28,598 nt of DNA, taken from Thainema sp. Its GTDB lineage: Bacteria > Cyanobacteriota > Cyanobacteriia > Phormidesmidales > Phormidesmidaceae. The position numbers and the translations under genes were made by a program. The notes below the pieces were generated by a model. The model saw nothing but the letters and a program-made list of their open reading frames with translations. It was not told the DNA's origin and ran no database searches. Positions 16,983 through 27,428 of this stretch are shown piece by piece; position 1 is the stretch's first letter; each line of letters starts with the position of its first letter. Where the stretch lies: contig JBQLZK010000076.1 in the NCBI GenBank assembly GCA_052168235.1, positions 1 through 28,598 on the forward strand, given 5' to 3'.

Positions 16983-18467
16983 ATGTTGACTCGTAATCAA
17001 ACCGCTGCACCAACTCAGTATGACTGGTCTGCCATTGTCAAAGTTTTTGAATCCACCCTTGGCAAAAAGAAAGTCATTCGACGGCGAGAAGAGCTGTTGG
17101 TCTACGAATGTGATGGATTAACCAGTTATCGGCAACGTCCAACCGTTGTTGTCCTACCTCACACCACGGAAGAGGTGGCAGCAGCCGTTCAGATCTGCGA
17201 TCGCTATTCTGTCCCCTTCGTCGCCCGAGGTGCGGGCACCGGCTTATCAGGCGGTGCGCTTCCTATAGAGGACTGCGTTCTAATTGTGACGGCAACTATG
17301 AATCGCATTCTCTCTTTGGATTTGGACAATCAGCGCATTACCGTTCAGCCCGGTGTAATTAATAACTGGGTGACTCAGGCTGTCAGCGGTGCAGGTTTTT
17401 ACTATGCGCCTGATCCCTCTAGCCAAAGTGTCTGTTCAATCGGCGGCAATGTGGCAGAAAATTCTGGCGGCGTTCACTGCCTCAAATACGGCGTGACGAC
17501 GAACCATGTACTAGCTCTCAAAGTCGTCACTCCCACAGGAGACATCGTTGATCTCGGCAGCCCCGTTCCAGAGATGCCAGGCTACGACCTCACAGGCATC
17601 TTTGTCGGTTCAGAAGGAACATTAGGCATTGCAACTGAAATCACCTTAAAGATTCTCAAATCGCCTGAAGCAATTCAAGTACTCCTAGCCGATTTTACCA
17701 GTGTTGAAGCCGCTGGCTCGGCTGTCTCTGACATCATTAGTAGCGGCATCATTCCTGCTGGCATGGAGATGATGGACAACTTCAGCATCAATGCCGTTGA
17801 AGATGTGGTGATGACTGAGTGCTATCCCCGTGATGCAGAAGCCATTCTGCTGATTGAACTCGATGGTCTCAATGCCGAAGTTGCAACAAATACCGACCGA
17901 GTAAAAGCCATCTGCAAACAGAATGGAGCACGCAATATTACTGTAGCAGCGCAGCCCGATGAACGATTACGCCTTTGGAAAGGCCGAAAAGCGGCTTTTG
18001 CCGCGATGGGTAAATTAAGCCCAGACTATTACGTGCAAGATGGCGTGATTCCTCGCACTCAGCTCCCCTATGTTCTACAAGAAATTGAGCGACTTGGAAA
18101 AAAGCATGGCTATCGGGTTGCAAACGTCTTTCATGCTGGAGATGGGAACCTTCATCCACTAATTTTGTACAACAACTCTATTGCCGGTCAACTGGAGGCT
18201 GTTGAAGAATTGGGTGGCGACATTCTCAAGCTCTGCGTCGCTGTCGGTGGCAGTATATCCGGCGAACATGGCATCGGTGCAGACAAGCGCTGCTACATGC
18301 CAGACATGTTTAGCGCCGCTGATTTGGAAACAATGCAGTGGGTTCGCAGTACGTTTAATCCTCAAGGGCTAGCCAATCCAGGCAAGATTTTCCCCACCCC
18401 CAAGACTTGTGGTGAAGGGGCCAAGTCGTTCCAGTTTCAAGAAATGGAAGGAATCGAGCGCTTTTAG
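16983..18467 (+). CDS. glcD: Glycolate dehydrogenase/oxidase FAD subunit GlcD
   Basis: ARGAGTGLSGGA, YAPDPSS, ENSGGVHCLKYG, FHAGDGNLHP, GEHGIG and NPGKIFP motifs. Confidence 0.92.
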   Translation: MLTRNQTAAPTQYDWSAIVKVFESTLGKKKVIRRREELLVYECDGLTSYRQRPTVVVLPHTTEEVAAAVQICDRYSVPFVARGAGTGLSGGALPIEDCVLIVTATMNRILSLDLDNQRITVQPGVINNWVTQAVSGAGFYYAPDPSSQSVCSIGGNVAENSGGVHCLKYGVTTNHVLALKVVTPTGDIVDLGSPVPEMPGYDLTGIFVGSEGTLGIATEITLKILKSPEAIQVLLADFTSVEAAGSAVSDIISSGIIPAGMEMMDNFSINAVEDVVMTECYPRDAEAILLIELDGLNAEVATNTDRVKAICKQNGARNITVAAQPDERLRLWKGRKAAFAAMGKLSPDYYVQDGVIPRTQLPYVLQEIERLGKKHGYRVANVFHAGDGNLHPLILYNNSIAGQLEAVEELGGDILKLCVAVGGSISGEHGIGADKRCYMPDMFSAADLETMQWVRSTFNPQGLANPGKIFPTPKTCGEGAKSFQFQEMEGIERF

Positions 18468-18672
18468 GACGGGAACGATTTGTCTAAAAAGCGTTCAGTG
18501 GAGGAGCAGACATCAGCCAACTTGAGTTTTAATCGATCATCTGGCCGCTAAATCTGCCCAAAGCCTCTGCTAGATTCTTGTTTTGTTAAAAATCTTTAGC
18601 AATTTCCAATTTAGGACAAACAACACAGTAAGTTTTTGGAAGAAACTGATCCTTATAGAAAGGTACTTTCAA

Positions 18673-18783
18673 ATGGCAGCATCTTATTTACCGTCCATTC
18701 TCGTTCCTGTTGTAGGACTGGTTTTCCCAGCAATCACAATGGCATTCTTGTTCTTGTACATTGAGCGTGGGCAACAAGCTTAA
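18673..18783 (+). CDS. psaI: Photosystem I subunit VIII
   Basis: [31 protein letters not shown]; the real start is the ATG at 18673, inside the longer ORF call. Confidence 0.95.
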   Translation: MAASYLPSILVPVVGLVFPAITMAFLFLYIERGQQA

Positions 18784-18829
18784 ACTCTGATTCGGCTTTA
18801 TCTGAATCAAAGTTTTAATTCAGTTACCT

Positions 18830-18872
18830 AAAAAAGAAGAGGCTGTGACTCAGTCACAGCCTCTTCTTTTTT
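18830..18872. terminator. Bidirectional terminator between psaI and psbJ
   Basis: AAAAAAGAAGAGGCTGTGACT-C-AGTCACAGCCTCTTCTTTTTT perfect inverted repeat between convergent genes. Confidence 0.85.
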
Positions 18873-18900
18873 CATTAGGCTAGGTTTCTATTCCTAAACC

Positions 18901-19020
18901 CTACATTGCTGAACCGACGCCGACATAAGCGCCGTAGAAGAACAAGCCAACTACTACTAAAACGCCTGTTCCTGCAATTGTTGCAACGATCCACAAAGGA
19001 ATACGACCTGTCTGTGCCAT
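18901..19020 (-). CDS. psbJ: Photosystem II PsbJ
   Basis: Manual translation [45 protein letters not shown] Shine-Dalgarno sequence. Confidence 0.95.
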   Translation of the reverse strand: MAQTGRIPLWIVATIAGTGVLVVVGLFFYGAYVGVGSAM

Positions 19021-19121
19021 TATCTCCTCCTAATCACGATGGCTAAGTAACAGCCATTCAAAAATAATATTCTGTATCATCAAAGATTTGAAACCGTTTA
19101 ACCCTTGCAATAAATCAAGAG

Positions 19122-19247
19122 TTAGTTAAAGAAGTAGCTTGAAAACAGCAAACCAAGAACGAAAACTAGCAACAAACCTAAGTATAAAGAGGTTCGGTTA
19201 AGTTCAACAGGTTGGCTGTTAGGATTTTTGCCGGGTCTTTGAGCCAC
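19122..19247 (-). CDS. psbL: Photosystem II PsbL
   Basis: GTG start; ...[34 protein letters not shown]. Confidence 0.95.
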   Translation of the reverse strand: MAQRPGKNPNSQPVELNRTSLYLGLLLVFVLGLLFSSYFFN

Positions 19248-19256
19248 AATAATCTC

Positions 19257-19409
<153 letters not shown>

Positions 19410-19423
19410 TCAAAAACACAAAA

Positions 19424-19672
19424 TTACTTCGCCGTAAACTGATCGATTTCTTGCTTCGCATCAAATCGATCTTGAAGAATTGGCAAATCAATTCGATCTT
19501 GAGTATAGTATTCGTTCGGACGTGGGGTGCCAAAAGCATCGTAAGCCAAACCAGTACTTACAAACAACCAGCCAGCGATAAACAAAGCCGGAATCGTAAT
19601 GCTGTGGATAATCCAGTAACGAATACTGGTAACAATATCTGAAAACGGTCTTTCTCCAGTCGAACCAGCCAT
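19424..19672 (-). CDS. psbE: Cytochrome b559 alpha subunit
   Basis: [26 protein letters not shown]...FGTPRPNEY. Confidence 0.97.
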   Translation of the reverse strand: MAGSTGERPFSDIVTSIRYWIIHSITIPALFIAGWLFVSTGLAYDAFGTPRPNEYYTQDRIDLPILQDRFDAKQEIDQFTAK

Positions 19673-19879
19673 TTATGTTTCTCCTCTGACAGCAACTAAA
19701 GTCTTCTTCAATAATACGGAATTAGAGGTTTTGTAACAAGATTACTTTCAACAAAGTCAAAGCATATGTTGTCCCTAAACCGCATAATTTAGGCTGAAGC
19801 ACACGCTAAAGAGCTTCAATGAAACTATTCAGAAAATCATCTGAACGCTATGTGTCTAGGCAGAAGGCGCTTGTGAAGA

Positions 19880-20875
19880 TTATGCGTCATACCTTAACAA
19901 AACACCATTTTGCCCAATGACAAATCCTTTGTCCTGATTCAAAAAGACAATCTTGTAAAAATTACCAGGAACATTTTCAACTGCTCGATCCTTGAGCCAG
20001 GTTTGTCCGCCATCTAGGCTACAGAGTAAATTGCCACTGCCGCCTGTTATCCAGATTTCTTCCGGCGTACGATAGGCCAAATCCAACAGACCCCAACTCG
20101 TTGAGAATTCAGGATTGACAGCATCTTTCCACTCTTCGTAGGAATTGGGTTCACTAAACTGGATTTCTCCACCCCGAGCAATAGTCCACAATTGACCGTC
20201 AGAGCCAAAGCCCATATTTTGTAGGCGCTTAGAGCTGGTACGATTGTGCTGTTGCCAAGCAGCTTGCCCCGGTTCCCAAGTGGAATAGAAGTTACCCCGA
20301 GATGATACCGCGACATATCGACCATCGGCTGAACGAGAGATATTACGGACTACGCCAACGGCTTGCTGAACCAGCGCTTTCCAGTTAGCTCCACCATCAT
20401 TGGTTTGGTAAATCGCCCCAACATCGGTCGTCATTTCTGCGGACTTAGTACCCAAAGCTTTGATTGTCTCAGGCTCGCCCGGTAGCTGTTCACTCAGAGC
20501 AATCTGTGACCACGACTTTCCACCGTCCGTGGTGTGCAGCAGGATACTGGGCTGACCCACTATCCAGCCCTCCTCGCCACTAAAACTGACCGATGTAAAC
20601 GTATGAGGCTGTTCTCCCAACTCTAGCTTTCGGGATTCCCAAGTCTTGCCGCCATCTTGGGTTTCGTACAGAGTAGAACGCTTGCCAACCAACCAACCGT
20701 GATTCAAATCGTCTGTAAACGCTAAATCCAACATGGTTGTATCAGTATCTAACGCCACAGGAGTCCAAGGGTTAGATTCCAAGGAGTCCAGATAGGCGTT
20801 GCAACCTGTCCCCAGCAAAACGATGGCGACTAGCGCTACAACCTTTCTAAAGTGTCTCAAGATTGACTGCATCAC
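19880..20875 (-). CDS. ycf48: PSII assembly factor Ycf48/Hcf136 (lipoprotein)
   Basis: Lipobox LGTGC, repeated T.DGG.TW propeller motifs and AVSSRGNFY; upstream of psbE. Confidence 0.95.
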   Translation of the reverse strand: MMQSILRHFRKVVALVAIVLLGTGCNAYLDSLESNPWTPVALDTDTTMLDLAFTDDLNHGWLVGKRSTLYETQDGGKTWESRKLELGEQPHTFTSVSFSGEEGWIVGQPSILLHTTDGGKSWSQIALSEQLPGEPETIKALGTKSAEMTTDVGAIYQTNDGGANWKALVQQAVGVVRNISRSADGRYVAVSSRGNFYSTWEPGQAAWQQHNRTSSKRLQNMGFGSDGQLWTIARGGEIQFSEPNSYEEWKDAVNPEFSTSWGLLDLAYRTPEEIWITGGSGNLLCSLDGGQTWLKDRAVENVPGNFYKIVFLNQDKGFVIGQNGVLLRYDA

Positions 20876-20923
20876 GATTAATTCAACGTCACACTAAAAC
20901 GATGTTTACTTAAGCCAGTTTTC

Positions 20924-21301
20924 TTACTGTAGACCGTACAAGCTTAGGAAAAAGATCAGGCCAAGGGCAAGACCACCAAAAATCAGGATGTTCTTTTGAG
21001 CGGGTGTTAGGGTATTTACGCCAAACCCATAGCCCAGATTTTCCTTAAACCCTGATGGTGTACCTTTGGGACCAATATTGGTAAATCGAGATTTACTAGC
21101 GCCACAAACGGGACAGCGCCAGTCTTCAGGCAGCTCTGTAAATAACGTATTTGGTTTAATTTGAGTTCGACTGTCGCCTTTAAGGGGCTCATAGGTATAG
21201 CCACATGCTAAACACTCATAACAATCGAATTCTACAGGTGCATCTTCAGCAGCAGTATCTGTAGATGCAGATGAGATCGCATCAGGCTCTTCTATGGTCA
21301 T
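20924..21301 (-). CDS. rubA: Membrane-anchored rubredoxin RubA
   Basis: YECLACGYTY and WRCPVCG; C-terminal TM helix after NLGYGFGVN. Start moved to the ATG at 21301. Confidence 0.92.
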   Translation of the reverse strand: MTIEEPDAISSASTDTAAEDAPVEFDCYECLACGYTYEPLKGDSRTQIKPNTLFTELPEDWRCPVCGASKSRFTNIGPKGTPSGFKENLGYGFGVNTLTPAQKNILIFGGLALGLIFFLSLYGLQ

Positions 21302-21799
21302 TGCTGAACAGCTCCCTGACCCATCAACATTAAAACTCTGTAAACGATTATGACATACAGCGCTCCCCAATCTCAGGGTTGAGTCGATCAAATTGCTTGA
21401 AATCGCCGTGAAATCTGAATTACTGGAGCTGCCGATGAAAATGAGAACGTAGCACATCCCATATTCTGAAATTCATGTAAGCCAGATTGAAATTGAACAA
21501 GCTTTGGATGCTATACACTAACGCAGTAAAGCATTGTAGTGTTGTTGGGTCATCCATATTCAACTTGTTCATGTGCTGACCTAATTCAGCATCGCTTTAC
21601 TGAACTGCATCAATGAACTGTATTCCCGTATTAATGAGAACCAGATTGAGCAATATCATAGTGTTACTAATGGAAAGGTTGACGGATCTCTATCGAAACC
21701 CAGATTAGATCTGCCCTGAATGATCTTTATAATGTGAAATGTAAAGCGCAAGCAACAGAATTCATTATTCATTGGAAAAACTAGTAAGAGCGTACTGCC

Positions 21800-22162
21800 G
21801 TGTTTGTTCTGTCTGGATACGAATATTTTTTGGGTTTCCTGATTATCTGTAGCCTAGTCCCGATTTTGGCTCTCACTGCATCCAAGTTACTGCGCCCCGA
21901 TAGCCGTGGCCCAGAGCGGAAAACAACATATGAGTCGGGTATGGAACCGATTGGGGGAGCCTGGATTCAATTCAATATTCGGTATTACATGTTTGCCCTG
22001 GTTTTTGTCATTTTTGATGTGGAAACGGTTTTTCTTTACCCATGGGCAGTTGCGTTTAGCAAGCTAGGACTACTTGCGTTTGTCGAGGCTCTCATCTTTA
22101 TCGCAATTTTGGTGGTTGGCCTTGTCTACGCATGGAGAAAAGGAGCATTGGAGTGGTCATGA
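21800..22162 (+). CDS. ndhC: NDH-1 subunit 3
   Basis: [32 protein letters not shown]...KGALEWS. Confidence 0.97.
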   Translation: MFVLSGYEYFLGFLIICSLVPILALTASKLLRPDSRGPERKTTYESGMEPIGGAWIQFNIRYYMFALVFVIFDVETVFLYPWAVAFSKLGLLAFVEALIFIAILVVGLVYAWRKGALEWS

Positions 22163-22902
22163 CGTCTAATACGACACCAAAACAAAATTCTATGTTGATG
22201 CAGCCGAACGAACGTATAGCGAATCCGACAAGTCCACCAACTGTTACACAGGATCTGTCTGAGAACGTTATCCTGACGACCGTTGATGATCTCTACAACT
22301 GGTCGAGGCTATCTAGTTTGTTCCCGCTGCTGTACGGTACAGCCTGTTGCTTCATTGAGTTTGCAGCTTTAATTGGTTCTCGCTTTGATTTTGACCGATT
22401 TGGTTTGCTGCCTCGTTCAAGTCCCCGACAAGCAGATCTGATCATTACAGCAGGAACTATCACAATGAAAATGGCTCCGGCTTTAGTTCGTCTGTATGAG
22501 CAGATGCCGGAACCAAAGTATGTGATTGCAATGGGAGCTTGTACGATTACTGGCGGTATGTTTAGCGCAGACTCTCCCACAGCAGTACGAGGAGTGGACA
22601 AGCTTATTCCAGTGGATGTCTATATGCCAGGCTGTCCTCCGCGCCCAGAGGCCATTATTGATGCCATCATCAAGTTGCGGAAGAAAGTTGCCAATGAATC
22701 GATGCAAGAGCGGGGTTATTTGAAGCAGACCCATCGCTACTACAGCACAACCCATAATATGAATGTCGTTCCTCAAATTCATGACGGGAAGTACTTACGG
22801 ACTGAAACTCGGCAAGCACCACCGAAGGAGCTAATGGCTTCTATGGGAATGCCTGCGCCGGAAGCTTTAAAATCGGCTGAAGTAGAAAAGGAGGAGCGTT
22901 AG
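22159..22902 (+). CDS. ndhK: NDH-1 subunit K
   Basis: [25 protein letters not shown] and PGCPPRPE; the start ATG overlaps the ndhC stop (ATGA). Confidence 0.95.
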   Translation: MTSNTTPKQNSMLMQPNERIANPTSPPTVTQDLSENVILTTVDDLYNWSRLSSLFPLLYGTACCFIEFAALIGSRFDFDRFGLLPRSSPRQADLIITAGTITMKMAPALVRLYEQMPEPKYVIAMGACTITGGMFSADSPTAVRGVDKLIPVDVYMPGCPPRPEAIIDAIIKLRKKVANESMQERGYLKQTHRYYSTTHNMNVVPQIHDGKYLRTETRQAPPKELMASMGMPAPEALKSAEVEKEER

Positions 22903-22903
22903 C

Positions 22904-23440
22904 GTGGCTGAAGATAAGTCCAAAGAAGAAACTCAGGCACCAGAAGAATCAGCAAACATTGTTGAGGCTGGTAAGGTTTCTCGCTGGCTAACTGAGAACG
23001 GCTTTGAGCATGAAGTTGTAGAACCTGATCATTTGGGGGTTGAGGTTCTAAAGATTGAACCTGAATATCTAATCCCATTTTCCACGGCGCTCTATGCATA
23101 CGGATTTAACTATTTACAGTGCCAAGCAGCTTACGACACAGGGCCGGGCGGAGAACTGGTCAGCATGTACCATCTGATAAAGGTAGACGATAATGCCGAC
23201 CGGCCCGAAGAGGTGAGAATTAAAGTATTTTTGCCTCGTGATAACCCTACAGTGCCGTCTGTTTATTGGATCTGGAAGTCTGCTGACTGGCAAGAGCGGG
23301 AAAGCTATGACATGTTCGGCATTGTATATGAGGGCCATCCCAATTTGAAGCGCTTGCTAATGCCGGAAGATTGGGTAGGTTGGCCGCTGCGTAAAGATTA
23401 TATTTCGCCTGACTTTTACGAGTTGCAGGATGCTTACTAG
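22904..23440 (+). CDS. ndhJ: NDH-1 subunit J
   Basis: [40 protein letters not shown]. Confidence 0.96.
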   Translation: MAEDKSKEETQAPEESANIVEAGKVSRWLTENGFEHEVVEPDHLGVEVLKIEPEYLIPFSTALYAYGFNYLQCQAAYDTGPGGELVSMYHLIKVDDNADRPEEVRIKVFLPRDNPTVPSVYWIWKSADWQERESYDMFGIVYEGHPNLKRLLMPEDWVGWPLRKDYISPDFYELQDAY

Positions 23441-23464
23441 GCACCTCGTCTCATATCCTGCGTT

Positions 23465-23522
23465 AAACCCGAAAGAGTGATGTCGCCACTGCAATCAGTG
23501 GCGACATCACTCTTTCGGGTTT
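23465..23522. terminator. Perfect inverted repeat with 27-bp arms between convergent ndhJ and cugP; bidirectional terminator
   Basis: AAACCCGAAAGAGTGATGTCGCCACTG-CAAT-CAGTGGCGACATCACTCTTTCGGGTTT. Confidence 0.8.
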
Positions 23523-23622
23523 TAAATCAATAAAGAGCAAGCTTTGATTAGCCGAAGTCTGATCAAAAAGGCTCTGATAAACTACGTCAGAGCCTTTTAA
23601 CCAGATAGGTGTAATCAGTCGT

Positions 23623-24786
23623 CTATACAGCTTGTCCCAACAGCTCAACGAGAGCCTCGTGACCATCTGGCGGTATGCAGGGTTCGGCCTGACGGGCATC
23701 GGTAATTAGCCAGTCAAGTGCCGCTGCCTGAACGTCGATTGCAGCACCCGTTTTATCTACACAGTAGCGACCAAACACCAGCTTATCGACAAGTCGAATG
23801 CCGGGGCCAAGCCGCGAGTACTCGAAGATAACGCTGTTGTCCACTTCCGCCCCAGCGCAAATGCGGCAGTTGGGGCCAATCATCGTTGGGCCAACAATAT
23901 TAACTCCATCTTCGATTTGGGTCATGCCACCGATGTAAACAGGCCCACGGATATTGACTTTATCCCAGTTCACTTTAACGTTCATCCCCGTGTAAACACC
24001 CGGCATTACCTCGCGGCCTGGAATCGGTACATTGCGAACATGCCCAGACAACACTTCACGAACAGCGTGCCAATAGTCCGGCACTTTACCTATATCTACC
24101 CACTGGAAGTCCATTGTGATGCCGTAGAACGGCGCATCAGCCCGAACCAACGCCGGAAACAGGTCGCCACCAATGTCAAAGGGTTGGCCGGAGGGAATGA
24201 AGTTAAAGATTTCCGGTTCGAAAATGTAAATCCCGGTATTGATACTCGTACTTAGAGCCTCATTAACAGCTGGCTTTTCTTGGAAAGATTGAATGCGGCC
24301 ATCTTTATCCGTGACAACAACTCCATAGCTGGAGACTTCTTCACGAGGTACGGATTTCATAATGATTGTGGCAATCGAACCCTTTTCACGGTGCTGACGC
24401 ACGGCTTCAGTGAGATCGAGATCGATCAGGGCATCACCGCAGAGAACAATAAATGTGTCGTCGAAGAACGGATAAAAGTCTTGAATTTTGCGCATGCCGC
24501 CAGCTGAACCAACGGCTTCACCAATTAGTTCTCCATCGGCAATTCGGCCTTCGAAGGAGTATCCAATTTCTACACCAAATCGTTGTCCATCCCGGAAGTA
24601 GGATTCAATTTCATTGGCGAGATGGCTGACATTCACCATGATTTGATCGAACCCATGCTCACGTAACAGTTCCAGCAGGAACTCCATTACTGGCTTTTGC
24701 AGAATTGGAATCATTGGCTTGGGAATGGTGTACGTGATTGGACGAACACGAGTACCTTTACCCGCTGCCAGAATCATGGCTTTCAT
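23623..24786 (-). CDS. cugP: NDP-sugar pyrophosphorylase, cyanobacterial UDP-glucose pyrophosphorylase CugP type
   Basis: MKAMILAAGKGTRVRPIT..IPKPM, WVDIGKVPDYW and a C-terminal hexapeptide region with FGRYCVDKTG. Start moved to 24786. Confidence 0.82.
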   Translation of the reverse strand: MKAMILAAGKGTRVRPITYTIPKPMIPILQKPVMEFLLELLREHGFDQIMVNVSHLANEIESYFRDGQRFGVEIGYSFEGRIADGELIGEAVGSAGGMRKIQDFYPFFDDTFIVLCGDALIDLDLTEAVRQHREKGSIATIIMKSVPREEVSSYGVVVTDKDGRIQSFQEKPAVNEALSTSINTGIYIFEPEIFNFIPSGQPFDIGGDLFPALVRADAPFYGITMDFQWVDIGKVPDYWHAVREVLSGHVRNVPIPGREVMPGVYTGMNVKVNWDKVNIRGPVYIGGMTQIEDGVNIVGPTMIGPNCRICAGAEVDNSVIFEYSRLGPGIRLVDKLVFGRYCVDKTGAAIDVQAAALDWLITDARQAEPCIPPDGHEALVELLGQAV

Positions 24787-25613
24787 AGATTCACTTCTCT
24801 CAACTTTGTAATCTTCAAGATGTATCACTAAGCAGCTAGTAAGTCGCCAGGCGAAAATTGAACTAAAAATCTCAACCGGAGGTGTGCTTTAGAGGGCTAT
24901 TCCCTCGGTTTGAATTGAGTATATTGACGTCTAGCCGACTAGCCCAGTACTAAACCCGCGAGTCGAAACCATTTAAGGTTTCGTGGCTGGATTTATGATT
25001 CAGATCCTGTATGAAGCAAGGCTGTAACTGACATCAGAGATTTGGGGGCAGACAGCATGCCAAACGAAGGACTGAGATATGGTTCTCACTTAGAAGGTGA
25101 CCGTTATGTACTTAGTTATGATTATTCCCGCGTTTAGTGGTCAAAGCTATATGAGCAGCCTTCGAAGTGAGGTGAGAACTCTCTATGGATTAGATGTATG
25201 ACGGATTTTACTAAGTGGGCTGATGGGAATAAGCTGATCTAAAAATTTGAGGAGGTGCCCGGAGGGGCACCTTTCCATTTTTTAGGTTTTTAGCTTAGTT
25301 GCGTACAGCTACTTACAAACCTATACATCTGGCATAACATGTCGGATGTGATGCTAGAAACCCATATTGGAAAACCTAATCTCTGAATCAAATTTAGAGA
25401 TTTTACGGTATGCAGCTGTGCTGCTGAGAGATACTGGGTCTAATTTACCGAATTTAACGGTTTATCCTAAGTACTTCAGGCTGGTCTTTACAGAAGCTTA
25501 CTGAAATTTAATGCGGTTTCTAAACCCTGTAAAGCCAAGAACCGTATGGATTGGGCTGAGAATTGAGCTTCGATATGCTGAAACGTTGTCGTATGGTTTA
25601 ACAAAACATGAAG

Positions 25614-26495
25614 TTATTGAGATGGCGATTTAATACTATCTGGAGATAGATGACGGACTTTCAGTGCTCCATAGAACTCGTCTTGGGAAAGTTCTACTTT
25701 GGACTGGGCTGATAGAAAAAGAAGCGCCCAGAACACGCCGACTCGATCGGTGGCCTGTTCTCCATGATGTTGTGAGTGTGAATCGCGGGCAGGAGAAACT
25801 GCGATCGCACCATTCCCATTCCTATCGCTGTTAATACCAGATGCGCCAGCAGGCCACAGCGACAGCAAATATTCAAAGTCGATCCATTCCTGATCGTTAG
25901 TTAGATTGTCTTGCCAGTACTGCTGTAGAAACGCTTCCAGGGTGCTGGCAATTTCAGAGAGATTTTCTTGGTGAGCCAGTTGATTGATGGCGCGAACGGC
26001 CTGTCGAGCGGATTGGGGCCGAGGCCGGGGACGGCGCGATCGCGGTGTCGCATTCGCCATTGCCGCCGCCATCAGCTCCAACTGCTCAATGAGATCAGTG
26101 AGCGTCACTCGCCGACTGGGAGGCGGAGCAGCGGCTGTGCGGCGCTTCAGTGTTTTTTCCAGCTTGTGGGGCAGGGGCGCATCGTTGGTTCCTTCGGCTA
26201 GCCATTCTTCCGCAAAGGGTTCCTCCTCGACCTCTTCTTCGGCCTCTATCCGAGCAAGAGTATCGGCCTTGAGCAGAACCAGCATCGACGCATACAAAAA
26301 TGCCTGTCCCGACTGGGACAAATTCGCTTCATAGGCTGTTCGTCCCTGGCCGCTCTGCGGCAGTTGTAGTGATCCCAATTCAGCCAAAAAGCGATCAATC
26401 ACTTCGATGACTTTCACATCCCACGGATCGATCTCGCCTCGTTCGGCCAGATCAATCAGGAACGCGATCGCGTTTTTAGCGAGGGATGAGGACAT
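25614..26495 (-). CDS. scpA: Segregation and condensation protein A (SMC kleisin)
   Basis: LIDLAERGEIDPWDVKVIEVIDRFL, AFLYASMLVLLKA and VFWALLFLSAQSKVELSQ.EFYG. Confidence 0.9.
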   Translation of the reverse strand: MSSSLAKNAIAFLIDLAERGEIDPWDVKVIEVIDRFLAELGSLQLPQSGQGRTAYEANLSQSGQAFLYASMLVLLKADTLARIEAEEEVEEEPFAEEWLAEGTNDAPLPHKLEKTLKRRTAAAPPPSRRVTLTDLIEQLELMAAAMANATPRSRRPRPRPQSARQAVRAINQLAHQENLSEIASTLEAFLQQYWQDNLTNDQEWIDFEYLLSLWPAGASGINSDRNGNGAIAVSPARDSHSQHHGEQATDRVGVFWALLFLSAQSKVELSQDEFYGALKVRHLSPDSIKSPSQ

Positions 26496-26715
26496 TCGAT
26501 GCTTCGTAATCCAGACAGATTAGATAGATGATTGCCTTGATAATAGCGACTAACGACTAAACCTGGCGAAATAAACCGCTGCCAGACAAATGAATAACAA
26601 TAATGTCACCGGAACCCAGAGGCTCCACAGACTACTTGGCGTGATTAGATCGGCGAAACGAGGCATTTTGATCCAATAATTTTGACAGGGTTAAGCGAAG
26701 CAGGAGAAAGTGACC

Positions 26716-27345
26716 ATGATGATGAAAGTCTCCGACATTATGACCCGGAATGTCGTGACCATTCGGAATTCGGCGACGGTGGCCGAAGCCGCTCAAGTCA
26801 TGCAGGAACGAGGTATACGGGCAATCATTGTGCAGAAAAGCCATGAATTTGATGCCTACGGTATCATCACAGATTGCGACATTATCGGCAAAGTGATTGC
26901 GTTTGGTCGCAATCCAAGGCGCATCCGAGTTTATGAAATTATGGCCAAGCCCTGCATCGTACTCAATCCAGATTTAGGAATTGAATATGCGGCTCGGTTG
27001 CTAACCCAACATGATTTGCACTGTGCTCCGGTCATTCAATCCGAATTACTGGGCATTTTGTCTGTGACCGACATCCTGCATCGCAGTTGCGCCATTGAAA
27101 AGCCACAAGAACTTGAACTGGCGAATCAGATTCAGCAACTGTCAGCAACGGCTCGCCAAATTTGCCAGGAGAACGGCCCGAATTCTCCTGCCTGCGCCGA
27201 GGCTTGGAGCGTGGTGGATGCATTACAGGCCGAATTTGCGCGTCAGAAATCTGAATCGCTGGAGCAAACAGCATTTGAACAATTCCGTGCGGAATATCCA
27301 GATGCCTTCAAAGACCAGGAATATGATGCTTGGTGTAGTGGGTAG
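26716..27345 (+). CDS. CBS-pair/CP12 fusion protein
   Basis: KVSDIMTRNVVTI...AYGIITDCDI...IMAKP CBS pair, followed by CP12-like ICQENGPNSPACAEAWSVVDALQAE. The start may be the GTG at 26710 or the ATG at 26716. Confidence 0.87.
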   Translation: MMMKVSDIMTRNVVTIRNSATVAEAAQVMQERGIRAIIVQKSHEFDAYGIITDCDIIGKVIAFGRNPRRIRVYEIMAKPCIVLNPDLGIEYAARLLTQHDLHCAPVIQSELLGILSVTDILHRSCAIEKPQELELANQIQQLSATARQICQENGPNSPACAEAWSVVDALQAEFARQKSESLEQTAFEQFRAEYPDAFKDQEYDAWCSG

Positions 27346-27351
27346 GTAGAG

Positions 27352-27378
27352 GGCTGTAGAGGCTGTAGAGGCTGTAGA
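27352..27378 (+). repeat. Short tandem repeat (GGCTGTAGA)x3 in a purine-rich intergenic tract (STRR-like)
   Basis: Direct reading; lies between convergent genes. Confidence 0.75.
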
Positions 27379-27428
27379 AGGGCTGAGGGAGAAGGGGGCA
27401 GTAAAGGGAGTCGAGGAGAGCGAGGGAG

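Noticed and set aside
18585..18602. HLR1 (RpaB)-like direct repeat GTTAAAAA-TC-TTTAGCAA upstream of psaI
   Set aside because: Biologically plausible but too degenerate in AT-rich DNA to call without TSS data.
21302..21457. N-terminal extensions in the ORF track (rubA, and likewise psaI, ndhK, cugP, prx)
   Set aside because: Artefacts of choosing the most upstream start; family-typical N-termini and ribosome-binding sites point to downstream starts.
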